The position numbers were made by a program, and so were the translations under genes. A stretch of DNA of 64,000 nt from contig CAJIYX010000059.1 in assembly GCA_905181725.1 (NCBI GenBank), forward strand, positions 11,184 to 75,183, given 5' to 3'. The notes under the pieces were generated by a model. That model saw only the letters and a program-made list of their open reading frames with translations, searched no databases and had not been told where the DNA came from. Position 1 is the stretch's first letter. Every line of letters starts with the position of its first letter. Source of the DNA: Alphaproteobacteria bacterium UBA830 (lineage in GTDB: Bacteria > Pseudomonadota > Alphaproteobacteria > MPNO01 > UBA830). This document shows positions 20,693 to 30,553 of this stretch, in pieces.

Positions 20693-21352
20693 ATGAGCGA
20701 TCTTCCCGAACTTTCCGGCCCCGAAGCCGCACCCGCGTCCGGCGGCCCCGCCAAACAGCTGATTATTTTCGTCCATGGTTACGGTGCCAACGGCGAAGAC
20801 CTGATCTCGCTGTCCCGGTATTATGCCCAGGTTGCCCCCGATGCAGCCTTTATCTCGCCCGATGCGCCCTATCGCTGCGACGGCGCGCCGATGGGCTTTC
20901 AGTGGTACGACGTCTGGATGAAGGACCCTGCGGAACGGCTGGCGGCGATCCGCTCGACCGGTGAGATTTTTGACAACTTTGTGACCGGCCAGCTCGCGGT
21001 TCACGGGCTGAGCGAAGACAAGCTGGTTCTGATCGGCTTTTCCCAGGGCACGATGATGTCGCTGTTTACGGCACCACGACGTGAAAATGCGATTGCCGGT
21101 ATTGTCGGCTATTCGGGGCGCATGGAATCGCCCGATACGCTGAAGGCAGAAATCCGCTCGAAGCCGCCGGTTGTGATGGTGCATGGCGATTCGGACGAAT
21201 TACTGGCCGTCTCGGAGATGGAAACCGCCGCCGCCACGCTGCGCGACTGCGGTGTCGAAATCGACACGCACATACGCCCGGGTCTGGGTCACGGGATAGA
21301 CGAAGAAGGTATTCGGGTCGGTCTCGCCTTTGTCCAGAAAGTCCTCGGATAG
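20693..21352 (+). CDS. Phospholipase/carboxylesterase
   Basis: HGYGANG, GFSQG, HGDSD and GLGHGI motifs. Confidence 0.9.
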   Translation: MSDLPELSGPEAAPASGGPAKQLIIFVHGYGANGEDLISLSRYYAQVAPDAAFISPDAPYRCDGAPMGFQWYDVWMKDPAERLAAIRSTGEIFDNFVTGQLAVHGLSEDKLVLIGFSQGTMMSLFTAPRRENAIAGIVGYSGRMESPDTLKAEIRSKPPVVMVHGDSDELLAVSEMETAAATLRDCGVEIDTHIRPGLGHGIDEEGIRVGLAFVQKVLG

Positions 21353-21492
21353 GCGGGAACCCCCTACATGATGCAGGCAACGACTGGATTTTCACAAAAT
21401 CTTCACGCGTGCGGAGTTGCTCTCACCTGCGGTGGCGGCTAACCTTCTGCCCTTATGAGCATCTCAGGGTACGACGAACGGCCTGAAAGGCC

Positions 21493-22053
21493 ATGCAGAT
21501 GAGGGGGGATTCCCCCGCACTTGTACTCAATGCCGATTTTCGGCCGCTTAGCTATTTTCCCTTATCCGTCTGGTCCTGGCAGGACGCCGTCAAAGCGGTG
21601 TTCCTTGAACGGGTGAATATCGTTTCGGAATACGATGACGAGGTTCACTCCCCGTCATTCACGATGCGGCTGCCCAGCGTGATAGCGCTCAAACAATATG
21701 TGCCGCTTTCGCGCAAACCCGCCTTCACCCGATTCAACGTGTTCCTACGTGACCGCTTCGCCTGCCAGTATTGCGGCGACATCCCGGGCACGTCGGAACT
21801 GACCTTCGATCACGTGATTCCGCGCTCGCGCGGCGGTCAGACAAGCTGGGATAATGTCGTCGCTGCCTGCTCCGACTGCAACCTGGTCAAGGGCAACCGG
21901 TTACCGGATGTATGCGGGATGATCCCGGCATTTGCACCGGTGGAGCCGACGAACCATCGGCTGCAGAGCAACGGGCGGTCATTCCCGCCGAATTTCCTGC
22001 ATGAAAGCTGGCGCGACTTCCTGTACTGGGACAGCGAGCTCGAACAGGGCTGA
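21493..22053 (+). CDS. HNH endonuclease (conserved alphaproteobacterial type)
   Basis: LVLNADFRPLSYFP, RDRFACQYCG, DHVIPRSRGG and CSDCN motifs. Confidence 0.93.
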   Translation: MQMRGDSPALVLNADFRPLSYFPLSVWSWQDAVKAVFLERVNIVSEYDDEVHSPSFTMRLPSVIALKQYVPLSRKPAFTRFNVFLRDRFACQYCGDIPGTSELTFDHVIPRSRGGQTSWDNVVAACSDCNLVKGNRLPDVCGMIPAFAPVEPTNHRLQSNGRSFPPNFLHESWRDFLYWDSELEQG

Positions 22054-22162
22054 TTTTGCGCTTTTTCGAACATTAAAAATTTGTAATCCGCCGGACAGGC
22101 GACCGTAAGGTGCGCATCTCCATATTCCTTACTGAACGCAACTTCAGTCTGTGGAGAAACCG

Positions 22163-23713
22163 ATGTCGAATAATAGAATAGCAAAATCCGCTGTCGCCGT
22201 TGCCGCCCTCGGCGCGGTTGCAGCGCTCGGCGCGGCCGGCGGTGTCCTGTCGAGCAAAAACCTCGCCGCCTCATCCTCAATGACAACGCCCGCCCTGATC
22301 CTCGAGAACCGGACATTGCCGGGCAGCTTTTCCGACATTATCGAGCGTGTCGGCCCCGCCGTCGTGTCGATCCGCGTGACCGGCACGGCTCCCCGGGCCG
22401 GGCAGGGCGGACAGGGGGACACAGAAAATGCGCGGCCGGAAATCCCCGAACCCTTCAAACGGTTTTTCAACGAGGAAGACGGCAAGCGCTTCCGCGCTCC
22501 GGACGGCGCCCCCAATGCTCAGCAACGGCGCGCGCCCAAGGTCCGCGGCATGGGTTCCGGCTTCTTCATCGATGCGGATGGCCATATAGTCACCAACAAC
22601 CATGTCGTCGCCAATGCCGACAAAATCGAGGTGATGCTCAAAGACGGCGAGACGTTCGAGGCCGAGCTTGTCGGCCGCGATCCCAAAACCGATCTGGCCC
22701 TCCTCAAGGTGAAATCGGGCGAGAAATTCCCCTATGTCCGCTTCGGGAGTTCCGCCGCGGCCAAAGTCGGTGACTGGGTCATCGCGCTTGGCAGCCCGTT
22801 CGGTCTCGGCCAGACCGCGACCAAGGGGATTGTATCGGCACGCGGCCGCGATATCGGCGCCGGCCCCTATGACGACTTCCTGCAGATCGATGCACCGATC
22901 AACCGCGGTAATTCGGGCGGCCCGACCTTCAACCTCCGCGGCGAGGTCATTGGTGTCAACACGGCGATCATCTCGCCGACCGGTGTCAGTGCCGGTATCG
23001 GTTTCGCCGTGCCGTCCGACATGGCTAAGAACGTTATTGCGCAGCTGATGAAGGACGGGTCGGTATCGCGTGGCTGGCTGGGGGTGAATATCCAGAACGT
23101 CACCAAGGACCTAGCTGCCGGTCTCGGCATGTCGAAGGCTGAAGGCGCCCTCGTCGCCGGTGTGAATGCCGGCAGCCCAGCTGCCAAAGGCGGTCTGAAG
23201 CCGGGCGATGTGATCGTCGCGGTCGATGGCGAACGCATCGAAAAAATGCGCGAACTGCCGCGCCGTATCGCCCGCATCTCTGCCGGCAACGACACGCAGA
23301 TGACGGTTATCCGGGGCGGCAAGGAGCGCGCTCTGACAATCACCATCGGCGCGATGCCAAAGGCCGACAAAGTCGCCGCCGTTGCGTCCGAGAAGGTCGA
23401 GAAGCCGCGTTTCGGCATGGTGCTGTCGGCCCTGACCGATAAGACGCGGGCGCAGTTCGGCTTGGAGAAAGGCGAGGTCGGGGTTGTGGTTTCCGGCGTC
23501 GATCCCAATGGCATCGCCGCCAAGAAGGGCGTCCGTCCGGGCGATGTGATCCGCCGGATCTCCGGGCAAGAGGTCGCAACCCCCGCCGATGTCATCCGCA
23601 TTGTCGACAAGGCGCTCGAAGATGCGAAATCCGACAAACGGAAGGCCTTGCTGGTTCTCGTGAACCGGAAAGGCAATGACCGCTATGTGGCACTGCCGCT
23701 GCGCGACGCCTGA
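22163..23713 (+). CDS. Do/DegP/DegQ family periplasmic serine protease, two PDZ domains
   Basis: Signal peptide; TNNHV, TDLA and INRGNSGG catalytic-triad motifs. Confidence 0.95.
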   Translation: MSNNRIAKSAVAVAALGAVAALGAAGGVLSSKNLAASSSMTTPALILENRTLPGSFSDIIERVGPAVVSIRVTGTAPRAGQGGQGDTENARPEIPEPFKRFFNEEDGKRFRAPDGAPNAQQRRAPKVRGMGSGFFIDADGHIVTNNHVVANADKIEVMLKDGETFEAELVGRDPKTDLALLKVKSGEKFPYVRFGSSAAAKVGDWVIALGSPFGLGQTATKGIVSARGRDIGAGPYDDFLQIDAPINRGNSGGPTFNLRGEVIGVNTAIISPTGVSAGIGFAVPSDMAKNVIAQLMKDGSVSRGWLGVNIQNVTKDLAAGLGMSKAEGALVAGVNAGSPAAKGGLKPGDVIVAVDGERIEKMRELPRRIARISAGNDTQMTVIRGGKERALTITIGAMPKADKVAAVASEKVEKPRFGMVLSALTDKTRAQFGLEKGEVGVVVSGVDPNGIAAKKGVRPGDVIRRISGQEVATPADVIRIVDKALEDAKSDKRKALLVLVNRKGNDRYVALPLRDA

Positions 23714-23738
23714 GCCGGCGTCATCTGCGCGCAGCACC

Positions 23739-23779
23739 GAGCCGACGTCCTGTGCCCCCGGGACGTCGGCTCTTCTTTT
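23739..23779 (+). terminator. Intrinsic terminator after the protease gene
   Basis: GAGCCGACGTCC-N10-GGACGTCGGCTC followed by TTCTTTT. Confidence 0.8.
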
Positions 23780-23870
23780 CGCGAGCTGTCCCTGACGCTT
23801 CGCTGGGGCGGGGATGGCACGCTGGCCGCTCTCCGGTTATTCTATAGGCACCAAATAAACGGAGGCTGTA

Positions 23871-24770
23871 ATGGCATTAAATACGGTTGCGCTGCTCAGT
23901 CCGGGAGATATGGGCGAAGGGGTCGCCGCCTCGATCAAGGGGCAGGGGATCGACGTGATCACCGTTCTTGCCAGGCGCAGCGACGAGACCCGGACGCGCG
24001 CGGAACGTGCCGGTATTCGCGACGTGGCGGATCTGGCGGCACTGGTCAGCGAAGCCGATCTGGTGATGTCGATCATGCCGCCCGAACGCGCCGAAGCGCT
24101 AGCCGCCGAAGTCGCGGCGGCCATGAAGGCGACCGAGAAAACCCCGCCCTTTGCCGATATGAATGCGATCGCACCGACCACGGCGCGGCGCATCGCCGCC
24201 GTGATGGCAGATGCCGGTGCGGATTTCATTGATGGCGGCATCATCGGCTGGGCGCCGCTGAAATCGAAGGCGGATACCAAACTCTATGTGTCCGGCCCGA
24301 ACGCCGCCCTGATGGATGCGCTGGACGGCAACGGCAAAAACATCATCCAGCTCGGCGATGAGATCGGCCGCGCATCCGCCGTGAAGATGATCTACGCGTC
24401 GGTCACGAAAGGCACGGATTCGCTTCTGACGGCGGCCTATACGGCGGCCGAGGCGCTCGGCGTCCGCGATGTGCTCGAAGCCGAATGGGCGACAAGCCAG
24501 CCCGATGCCCTGGCACGGATGGAGCGCCGGGTGTCCGCATTACCGGCGGATGCGGGCCGCTGGATCGGCGAGATGGAACAGATTGCCGAAACCTATGCGT
24601 CAGTCGGCGTAACCGCGAATTATCACAAGGGCGCCGCCGATATGTACCGCCTGCTGAATTCAACGCCGTTCGGGGCCGAGAGCCGCGAGACCATGGATAA
24701 AAGCCGGACCATGCAGGATTCGGTGAAGGTCTATGTTCAGCATCTGAATCCGCCCAAGGCGGCGAAATAG
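23871..24770 (+). CDS. NAD(P)-dependent oxidoreductase with DUF1932 domain
   Basis: SPGDMGEG, IDGGIIG, ASAVKMIYA and RWIGEMEQIA motifs. Confidence 0.88.
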   Translation: MALNTVALLSPGDMGEGVAASIKGQGIDVITVLARRSDETRTRAERAGIRDVADLAALVSEADLVMSIMPPERAEALAAEVAAAMKATEKTPPFADMNAIAPTTARRIAAVMADAGADFIDGGIIGWAPLKSKADTKLYVSGPNAALMDALDGNGKNIIQLGDEIGRASAVKMIYASVTKGTDSLLTAAYTAAEALGVRDVLEAEWATSQPDALARMERRVSALPADAGRWIGEMEQIAETYASVGVTANYHKGAADMYRLLNSTPFGAESRETMDKSRTMQDSVKVYVQHLNPPKAAK

Positions 24771-25199
24771 CGGGGCAGGCGGGGCACTTTGGAACGGGTC
24801 GAGTAGCGTTTTCGGTTTTTCGTGCTTTTTCGGGTGTCGTGGCCTGAAAAAACGCCGACGGCCAAAAAATGCGCCCCCGGATATTCGCTATTTGTTTTTC
24901 CGTGTTACGCTAATTGACGGGATTCAATCCGGCGCCAGCGGCCCGGCAGATAACGACACCCGGAAAATAACAATAGAGGCGTGGCGCGACGGGCAATAAT
25001 TCAATGGACAGTCGGAACGACCTGGAAGCGAAACGGGTGCGCCAGGGACGGCCCGTGACACCGTCCACGCTATTCCGACCGTTCGGGTGCATGGGGTTGC
25101 TTTACAGGTTTGTGTTTTGCGGCGTCTCCGGGCGGGACGCATCGTCTCTGAGCCCCGCCCGCCAGCGGGGTCAGACAGGTTCGATGGACGTGGCGGATG

Positions 25200-25225
25200 C
25201 AATCCGGCACGTGCCTGGCTACGTA
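25200..25225 (+). promoter_or_regulatory. Candidate RpoE (ChrR-controlled) promoter
   Basis: CAATCC-N16-CGTA versus the recalled consensus TGATCC-N16-CGTA; 63 nt upstream of DUF1365. Confidence 0.5.
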
Positions 25226-25288
25226 GGATTATTATGCACGAGTGCTATACTGCCGCCGTATTTTCCGTGTGGAGATATCTCCGAAGCG

Positions 25289-26134
25289 ATGACCAGGCCA
25301 GACACACCCCCTGTACCGAAAAGCGCCGCCGTTGCAGCGCCGGCATCGCTCTATGTCGGTGAGGTCATGCACCGGCGGTCGCGGCCAAAGGCCTATGAAT
25401 TCGTCTATCGTATTTTCAACATGGTGCTGGATATCGACCGGCTGGCCGAACCCCCGGCGCGCTGCCGGCTGTTTTCCCATAACCGGTTCAATCTGTTTTC
25501 GTTTCATGACCGCGATCACGGCCCACGCGACGGCTCCGCCCTGCGGCCCTGGATTGAAGAACAGCTTGCCGCTGCGGGTCTGAGACATGCCGGGGCGGAT
25601 ATCCGCCTGCTCTGCATGCCGCGCGTTCTGGGCTACGGGTTCGATCCGCTGTCGATCTGGTACTGCCACGATGCCGGGGGCGAGCTACGCGCGGTTCTGT
25701 ATCAGGTCAAAAACACGTTCGGCGATCAGCATGGGTATCTGCTGCCCGTCGGTAGTAACAACGAAAACCCGACCGCGCCGTCGGATCACGAATTCGACAA
25801 AATCTTTCATGTCTCGCCGCTGATCGCGATGGATGCGCGCTATCGTATTCGCACCTCGTCCCCGGATGAGACCCTCGCCGTGCTGATCCGGGAATCCGAC
25901 GATGAAGGCGAATTCCTTGTGGCCACCCTGACCGGGGATCGCCGCGCGATGACCGACGGCGCACTGATCCGCCAGTTTTTGCGGGTGCCGTTTATGTCGC
26001 TCAAAGTGATAGTCACCATCCACTGGCAGGCGATCCGCCTGATACTGCGCGGGGCCAAATATACCAAAAGGCCGGAACCTCCCGCCGAAGGGGTCTCGAT
26101 GCCGCCGCAGCCGATGCGCAAGGATGCGGCGTGA
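25289..26134 (+). CDS. DUF1365 family protein (UfaO-like)
   Basis: LYVGEVMHRR, PRVLGYGFDPLSIWYC, KNTFGD, KIFHVSP and IHWQA motifs. Confidence 0.9.
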   Translation: MTRPDTPPVPKSAAVAAPASLYVGEVMHRRSRPKAYEFVYRIFNMVLDIDRLAEPPARCRLFSHNRFNLFSFHDRDHGPRDGSALRPWIEEQLAAAGLRHAGADIRLLCMPRVLGYGFDPLSIWYCHDAGGELRAVLYQVKNTFGDQHGYLLPVGSNNENPTAPSDHEFDKIFHVSPLIAMDARYRIRTSSPDETLAVLIRESDDEGEFLVATLTGDRRAMTDGALIRQFLRVPFMSLKVIVTIHWQAIRLILRGAKYTKRPEPPAEGVSMPPQPMRKDAA

Positions 26135-27312
26135 CCGGGCTGGGGGCGAAGGCACGGGCGTCCTGGATGCTGGGCCAACGGCTGCGCGCCGGCAATCTGG
26201 AAATCGCTCTGCCCAATGGCCGTGTCCTGCGCCTGTCGGGAAGGGAACCGGGACCGTCCGCCGTGCTCAGGCTCAATCGCTGGCGCGCGCTGCGCCGGTT
26301 TTTCGGCGGCGGCACGGTTGGGTTCGGTGAATCCTTCATGGATGGTGACTGGGATTCGCCCGATCTGCCCAAAGTGATAGAGCTGGCCGCCCGCAACCTG
26401 CCGAAACGCCCGATGACGTTCCGGACCCTGTCGCCATGGCGCCTTGGCGACCGGATACGCCACGTGGTCCGGCCCAATACGCGCGGTGGCTCACGCGAAA
26501 ACATCGCGGCGCATTACGATCTCGGCAATGATTTCTATGCGCTCTGGCTCGATCCCTCGATGACCTATTCGTCGGCGGTCTTTGCCGACAGGGTGGATGA
26601 CCTTGAAAGTGCGCAGGCCGTGAAGAACCGCCGCCTGATGGACCTTGCTGGTGTAAAGCCCGGCGATCGGGTTCTGGAAATCGGCTGCGGCTGGGGCGGG
26701 TTCGCGCTTCAGGCGGCGCGCGAGCGCGCAGCACAGGTGACGGCCGTGACCGTCAGCCGGGCGCAGTTCGATGAGGCCCGCAAACGCGTCGCCGCCGCGG
26801 GCCTGAACGAGAAAGTCGATATCCGGCTATGCGATTACCGTGACCTCGATGGTGAATGGGATCATGCGGTCTCTGTCGAAATGATTGAGGCGGTGGGCGA
26901 GAAATACTGGCAGGTGTATTTTGATCGCGTCGCGGCCAGCATCCGTCCCGGCGGCACCTTCGCGCTGCAGGCGATCGTGATAGAGAACGAGCGCTTCGAC
27001 GCCTATCGCCGCAGCGCCGATTTTATCCAGAAACACATCTTCCCGGGTGGTGCGCTGCTCAGCCCGGACGTATTGCGCGACCACGCAGCCGTCGCCGGGC
27101 TGTCCTGGAAATCCGCGGCCGGCTACGGGCAGGATTATGCCGATACGCTCGCGCTGTGGCGCAGCCGGTTTGAAGGCGTGGCCGACAGGATTGCCGGGTT
27201 GGGGTTCGATGAGCGGTTCCGCCGGTGCTGGTCGTTCTATCTGGCCTATTGCGAAGGCGGTTTCCGGGCCGGAAATATAGATGCGCTGCAGGTCGCGTTG
27301 AAGAAAGGCTGA
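26131..27312 (+). CDS. cfa: Cyclopropane-fatty-acyl-phospholipid synthase family methyltransferase (UfaM-like)
   Basis: NIAAHYDLGNDFY, MTYSSA, LEIGCGWG and YLAYCEGGF motifs. Confidence 0.93.
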   Translation: MTGLGAKARASWMLGQRLRAGNLEIALPNGRVLRLSGREPGPSAVLRLNRWRALRRFFGGGTVGFGESFMDGDWDSPDLPKVIELAARNLPKRPMTFRTLSPWRLGDRIRHVVRPNTRGGSRENIAAHYDLGNDFYALWLDPSMTYSSAVFADRVDDLESAQAVKNRRLMDLAGVKPGDRVLEIGCGWGGFALQAARERAAQVTAVTVSRAQFDEARKRVAAAGLNEKVDIRLCDYRDLDGEWDHAVSVEMIEAVGEKYWQVYFDRVAASIRPGGTFALQAIVIENERFDAYRRSADFIQKHIFPGGALLSPDVLRDHAAVAGLSWKSAAGYGQDYADTLALWRSRFEGVADRIAGLGFDERFRRCWSFYLAYCEGGFRAGNIDALQVALKKG

Positions 27313-27371
27313 CGGCCGAATTTGCCGCTGCAGCTTCGGGCCGGTAACCTGGTTAAAATCGGAGGATAGTC

Positions 27372-28166
27372 ATGCCCAGCCCCCAGCTTGAAGAACTTGT
27401 GAAGGCGGTCGCTCCGCTTTTTGCCGGCGAAGCAGAAGTCATGCGCACCTATTGGACATCGCCGGTCCGAACGCCGGAAACCGACCGGTTGTGGCTGCTG
27501 CGCCAGTCGCGCAAGGAGGTCTGGGATACGCCGCTTGGCGACCAGCGCGGCCTGTATGTCGGTCCGGTAGAAGACCTGCTTTCGGATTTCTCGAAGATCG
27601 ATACCGAGATCCCGCGGGAAGAAATTCTCGACCGGATGGAAGGGATCTATGAGGAATTTTCCCATTACTGCGCCTTTGCAGACGCCTACGATTCGGTGCG
27701 GGAAGCGGGTGAGCCGCGTCTGAGCCCGGCGCGTCTTCGCGAGGTGCAGGACTGGCGCGAGAATCTCGCCATCCGCGATCGTCGTGCTTACATTAAAGCG
27801 ATTGAGGGCGCGGTCGGCGAGCGCGCCTGTTTCTTCACCGAGGGGGGGTACTGCACGCTGTTTTCCGAGGGGATGACGCTGAGCGGCAATGGCGGCGTCG
27901 ACGATATGATCGCCCGTGCCTGCGGGCTGGTTTACGAGGACGAGTTCGGCCACATGTGCAAGGGCATCGTCGGGCTGGATACGGGCGATATGTCCGACGC
28001 CGACTGGGCGCGGATGACGGATCTGTCCGTCGAGCTCGCGACCCTGCGCATCCATATGCGGAACGGTCAGTTCAGCTACCCGCTATCCGCGGACAGGATT
28101 TCGGCAATCGTCGCGGGCGATATCACGCCGGTAACATTCGACTTCGAAAAGGCCCAGGCCGCCTAA
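27372..28166 (+). CDS. Uncharacterised ferritin-like di-iron carboxylate protein
   Basis: E49, E95-x-x-H98, E157 and E191-x-x-H194 pattern; GGAGG RBS. Confidence 0.7.
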   Translation: MPSPQLEELVKAVAPLFAGEAEVMRTYWTSPVRTPETDRLWLLRQSRKEVWDTPLGDQRGLYVGPVEDLLSDFSKIDTEIPREEILDRMEGIYEEFSHYCAFADAYDSVREAGEPRLSPARLREVQDWRENLAIRDRRAYIKAIEGAVGERACFFTEGGYCTLFSEGMTLSGNGGVDDMIARACGLVYEDEFGHMCKGIVGLDTGDMSDADWARMTDLSVELATLRIHMRNGQFSYPLSADRISAIVAGDITPVTFDFEKAQAA

Positions 28167-28945
28167 TCCGCCTTCGTCGACCGGTTGAGCAGCGGCAGGT
28201 ACAGCGCATAGGGCAGCAGGCGGGCGAATTTGAGCATCCAGGTGAACCGCTTCGGGAACGTGATCTCGAACCGGTTCGTTAGCAGGCCGCGATAGAACTG
28301 GTCGACCGCCTTGTCGACCGGCATCAGGAACGGCATCGGAAAATCGTTCTTGTCGGTCAGCGGTGTTTTGATAAAGCCCGGATTCACCAGCTGCACGGTG
28401 ATACCAGCATCGCCGAGCTCCATCCGCAGCGCTTCGCACATATTGATAAGGGCGGCCTTGGTCGCGCCATAGGCCGAGGCGGTGCGCAGGCCGCGATAGC
28501 CGGAGATCGACGCTACAATCGCGATCCGTCCCGATTTCCGCTCGACCATGCCGGGGATGACGGCTTCGAGCATCCGGACGGTACCCATCACGTTCAAATT
28601 GAACTGGATGCGAAAGTCTTCGGCTTTGAGGCATTTGGCATCGACCGGAATATAGGCGCCTGCATTCAGCACGCACAGATCGGGCACACCAAGATCGGCC
28701 ACTATACGCGCGCATGCCTGTTCGATGGCGGCGCTATCCGTGACGTCCAGCGACACGGCGACGATGCGGCCAGCCAGGGTTTCGGCTTCCTGTTCGAGCG
28801 ATTTCAGGGCGTCGGCACTGCGCGCGCTGGCGGCCACGGTGCAGCCCTCCGCGGCCAGCCGCAGCGCCAGGGCGCGGCCGATGCCGGTACTGGCGCCGGT
28901 GATCCAGGCGACGGGGAAGGGTGGGTTTTTGATCATCAGGGGCAT
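28163..28945 (-). CDS. SDR family oxidoreductase (cfa-cluster type)
   Basis: WITGASTGIG, NAG, YGATK and PGFIKTPLTDKNDFPMPF motifs. Confidence 0.92.
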   Translation of the reverse strand: MPLMIKNPPFPVAWITGASTGIGRALALRLAAEGCTVAASARSADALKSLEQEAETLAGRIVAVSLDVTDSAAIEQACARIVADLGVPDLCVLNAGAYIPVDAKCLKAEDFRIQFNLNVMGTVRMLEAVIPGMVERKSGRIAIVASISGYRGLRTASAYGATKAALINMCEALRMELGDAGITVQLVNPGFIKTPLTDKNDFPMPFLMPVDKAVDQFYRGLLTNRFEITFPKRFTWMLKFARLLPYALYLPLLNRSTKAD

Positions 28946-28975
28946 CGTTTGTTCGCCAATACGGTTTGGGCTGGA

Positions 28976-29001
28976 TACGCGAACATCCGCAATGCGGATC
29001 G
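28976..29001 (-). promoter_or_regulatory. Candidate RpoE (ChrR-controlled) promoter
   Basis: Minus strand CGATCC-N16-CGTA, 30 nt upstream of the SDR start. Confidence 0.6.
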
Positions 29002-29070
29002 ACCTGGAATTTCGTTAGGGCGTCTCTGCAGGCCATTCCAGCGAACCCGCCGATCGACTAGTCTGCGGCG

Positions 29071-29409
29071 ATGACCGAGCCTCGCCTTAAAACCAGCCTG
29101 TGGATCAGCGCACAGATACGTCTGTGCGACCTGTCTTTTATGCCCGCCGTCGTCGCACGCCGAGGCGACAGCGATGCCGGGCAGGTGATGGTTCTGCGCA
29201 ATCTGCTGAATGGCACGTTCGAGCTGTTCGCCCGCACCACCGACCTGGATGGCGGGCGCGCGTGGCGGCGGGCCAGCGGACCGGACCCGGTGGACGATGA
29301 GACCGCCAGCAAGCTGATCGCGCGCGAGGCCGACTTCGATCCCGATGTCTGGGTACTCGAAGTCGAAGACCGTGACGGCAAGTACGAGCTCGACGCGCCG
29401 GTTATCTGA
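29071..29409 (+). CDS. DUF1491 family protein
   Basis: PRLKT, RRGDSDAG and FDPDVWVLEVED motifs. Confidence 0.88.
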   Translation: MTEPRLKTSLWISAQIRLCDLSFMPAVVARRGDSDAGQVMVLRNLLNGTFELFARTTDLDGGRAWRRASGPDPVDDETASKLIAREADFDPDVWVLEVEDRDGKYELDAPVI

Positions 29410-29438
29410 CCGGTCTGTTTTGATCCGGGAGACTGTTC

Positions 29439-30510
29439 CTAGATCGCCACCTCGATCTCGCCCAGTCGCTTGGTCAGTTTCTGGTTTTCGGAATAATCGA
29501 CCGGTACGGCAATCACGGCAGGGCCGTCCTGCGCGAAGGCTTCTTCCAGCGCTGCCGTGATCTGTCCGGGTCCGTCTATCACCTTGCCGCACATGCCGAA
29601 GGATTTGGCGTGCGACGACGGCGGGCGTGAAATCGATATGGATGATCGTCTTGTCGCAATCGGGATTCCAGAAGATCGGCGCAATTTCGACCAAGTCGTA
29701 CCCCACGGTGATCACGGTGTCCGATTTCTCGAACGCCTTGTTCACATGGTCGCGGCCCTGCAGCCCCATGGTGAACAGGCAATGCGGGTCGGACATGGCG
29801 ATGGCGCCCTTGCCCATGAAGGTGTTGACGACCGGGATGCCGGTTTTGTGGGCGAAGTGGCGCAGCTGTTTGGCGGCGCGTTTCCGCAGTGCGCTGTTGC
29901 CAGCGAGGATAATCGGATTGGTTGCCTGTTCGATCGCGTCGATCGCCGAACGGACTGCCTTGTCATCGGCAGCGGGGCGGCGGGTGACGCTCGGTGCCAT
30001 GACGTGCTTGTCGACGTCTTCCTTGGCTACACCTTTCGGCAGTTCGATCACCGTGACGCCGGGTTTTTCGGTCTCGGCGATCTTGAAGGCCTTGTGCACG
30101 ATCTCCGGCACGGTCTCGGCGCTCCGTACGGTCTGCGCCCATTTCGGGATCGGCTCCATCATGCCGATGGCGTCCATGTTCTGGTGGCTTTCCTTGTGGA
30201 GCCGCCGGGTCGAGCCCTGGCCGATGATCGCGACGGCGCGCGCTCGGTCCATATTGGCGTCGGCAAGCCCCGTCACCAGGTTGGTTGCGCTCGGCCCCAG
30301 CGTCGACAGACAGACACCCGCCTTGCCGGTCAGCCGGCCATATGCGTCCGCCATGAAAGCGGCGGCCTGCTCATGCCGGCACAGCACGAAATCGATCCGG
30401 CTGTCTTCGAGCGACAGCATCAGATCGGCGTTTTCCTCGCCGGGGACGCCGAAGATGCGCTCGACACCTTACGCTTCGATGCAGCGGACAAAAAGATCGG
30501 AGGCTTTCAT
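29439..30510 (-). pseudogene. ThDP-dependent acetolactate-synthase-like enzyme (OgdA-like), disrupted
   Basis: MKASDLFVRCIEA*GVERIFGVPGEEN has TAA at 30469-30471. After HIDFTP the sequence jumps to the C-terminal AKSFG...PVDYSEN in another frame, so the ThDP-binding GDG region is deleted. Confidence 0.88.
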
Positions 30511-30553
30511 GGATCGTCCTTATCTGGGGAATGCTGGGGGCGGAATGTCTGTA

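Noticed and set aside
21493-22053. HNH nuclease as a defence or mobile element
   Set aside because: It matches the conserved alphaproteobacterial type in its usual gluQ/alkA/esterase context, with no partner genes.
24771-25199. Possible sRNA or ufaD remnant in the long intergenic region
   Set aside because: No recognisable protein motif in the frames I read and no clear terminator-bounded unit.
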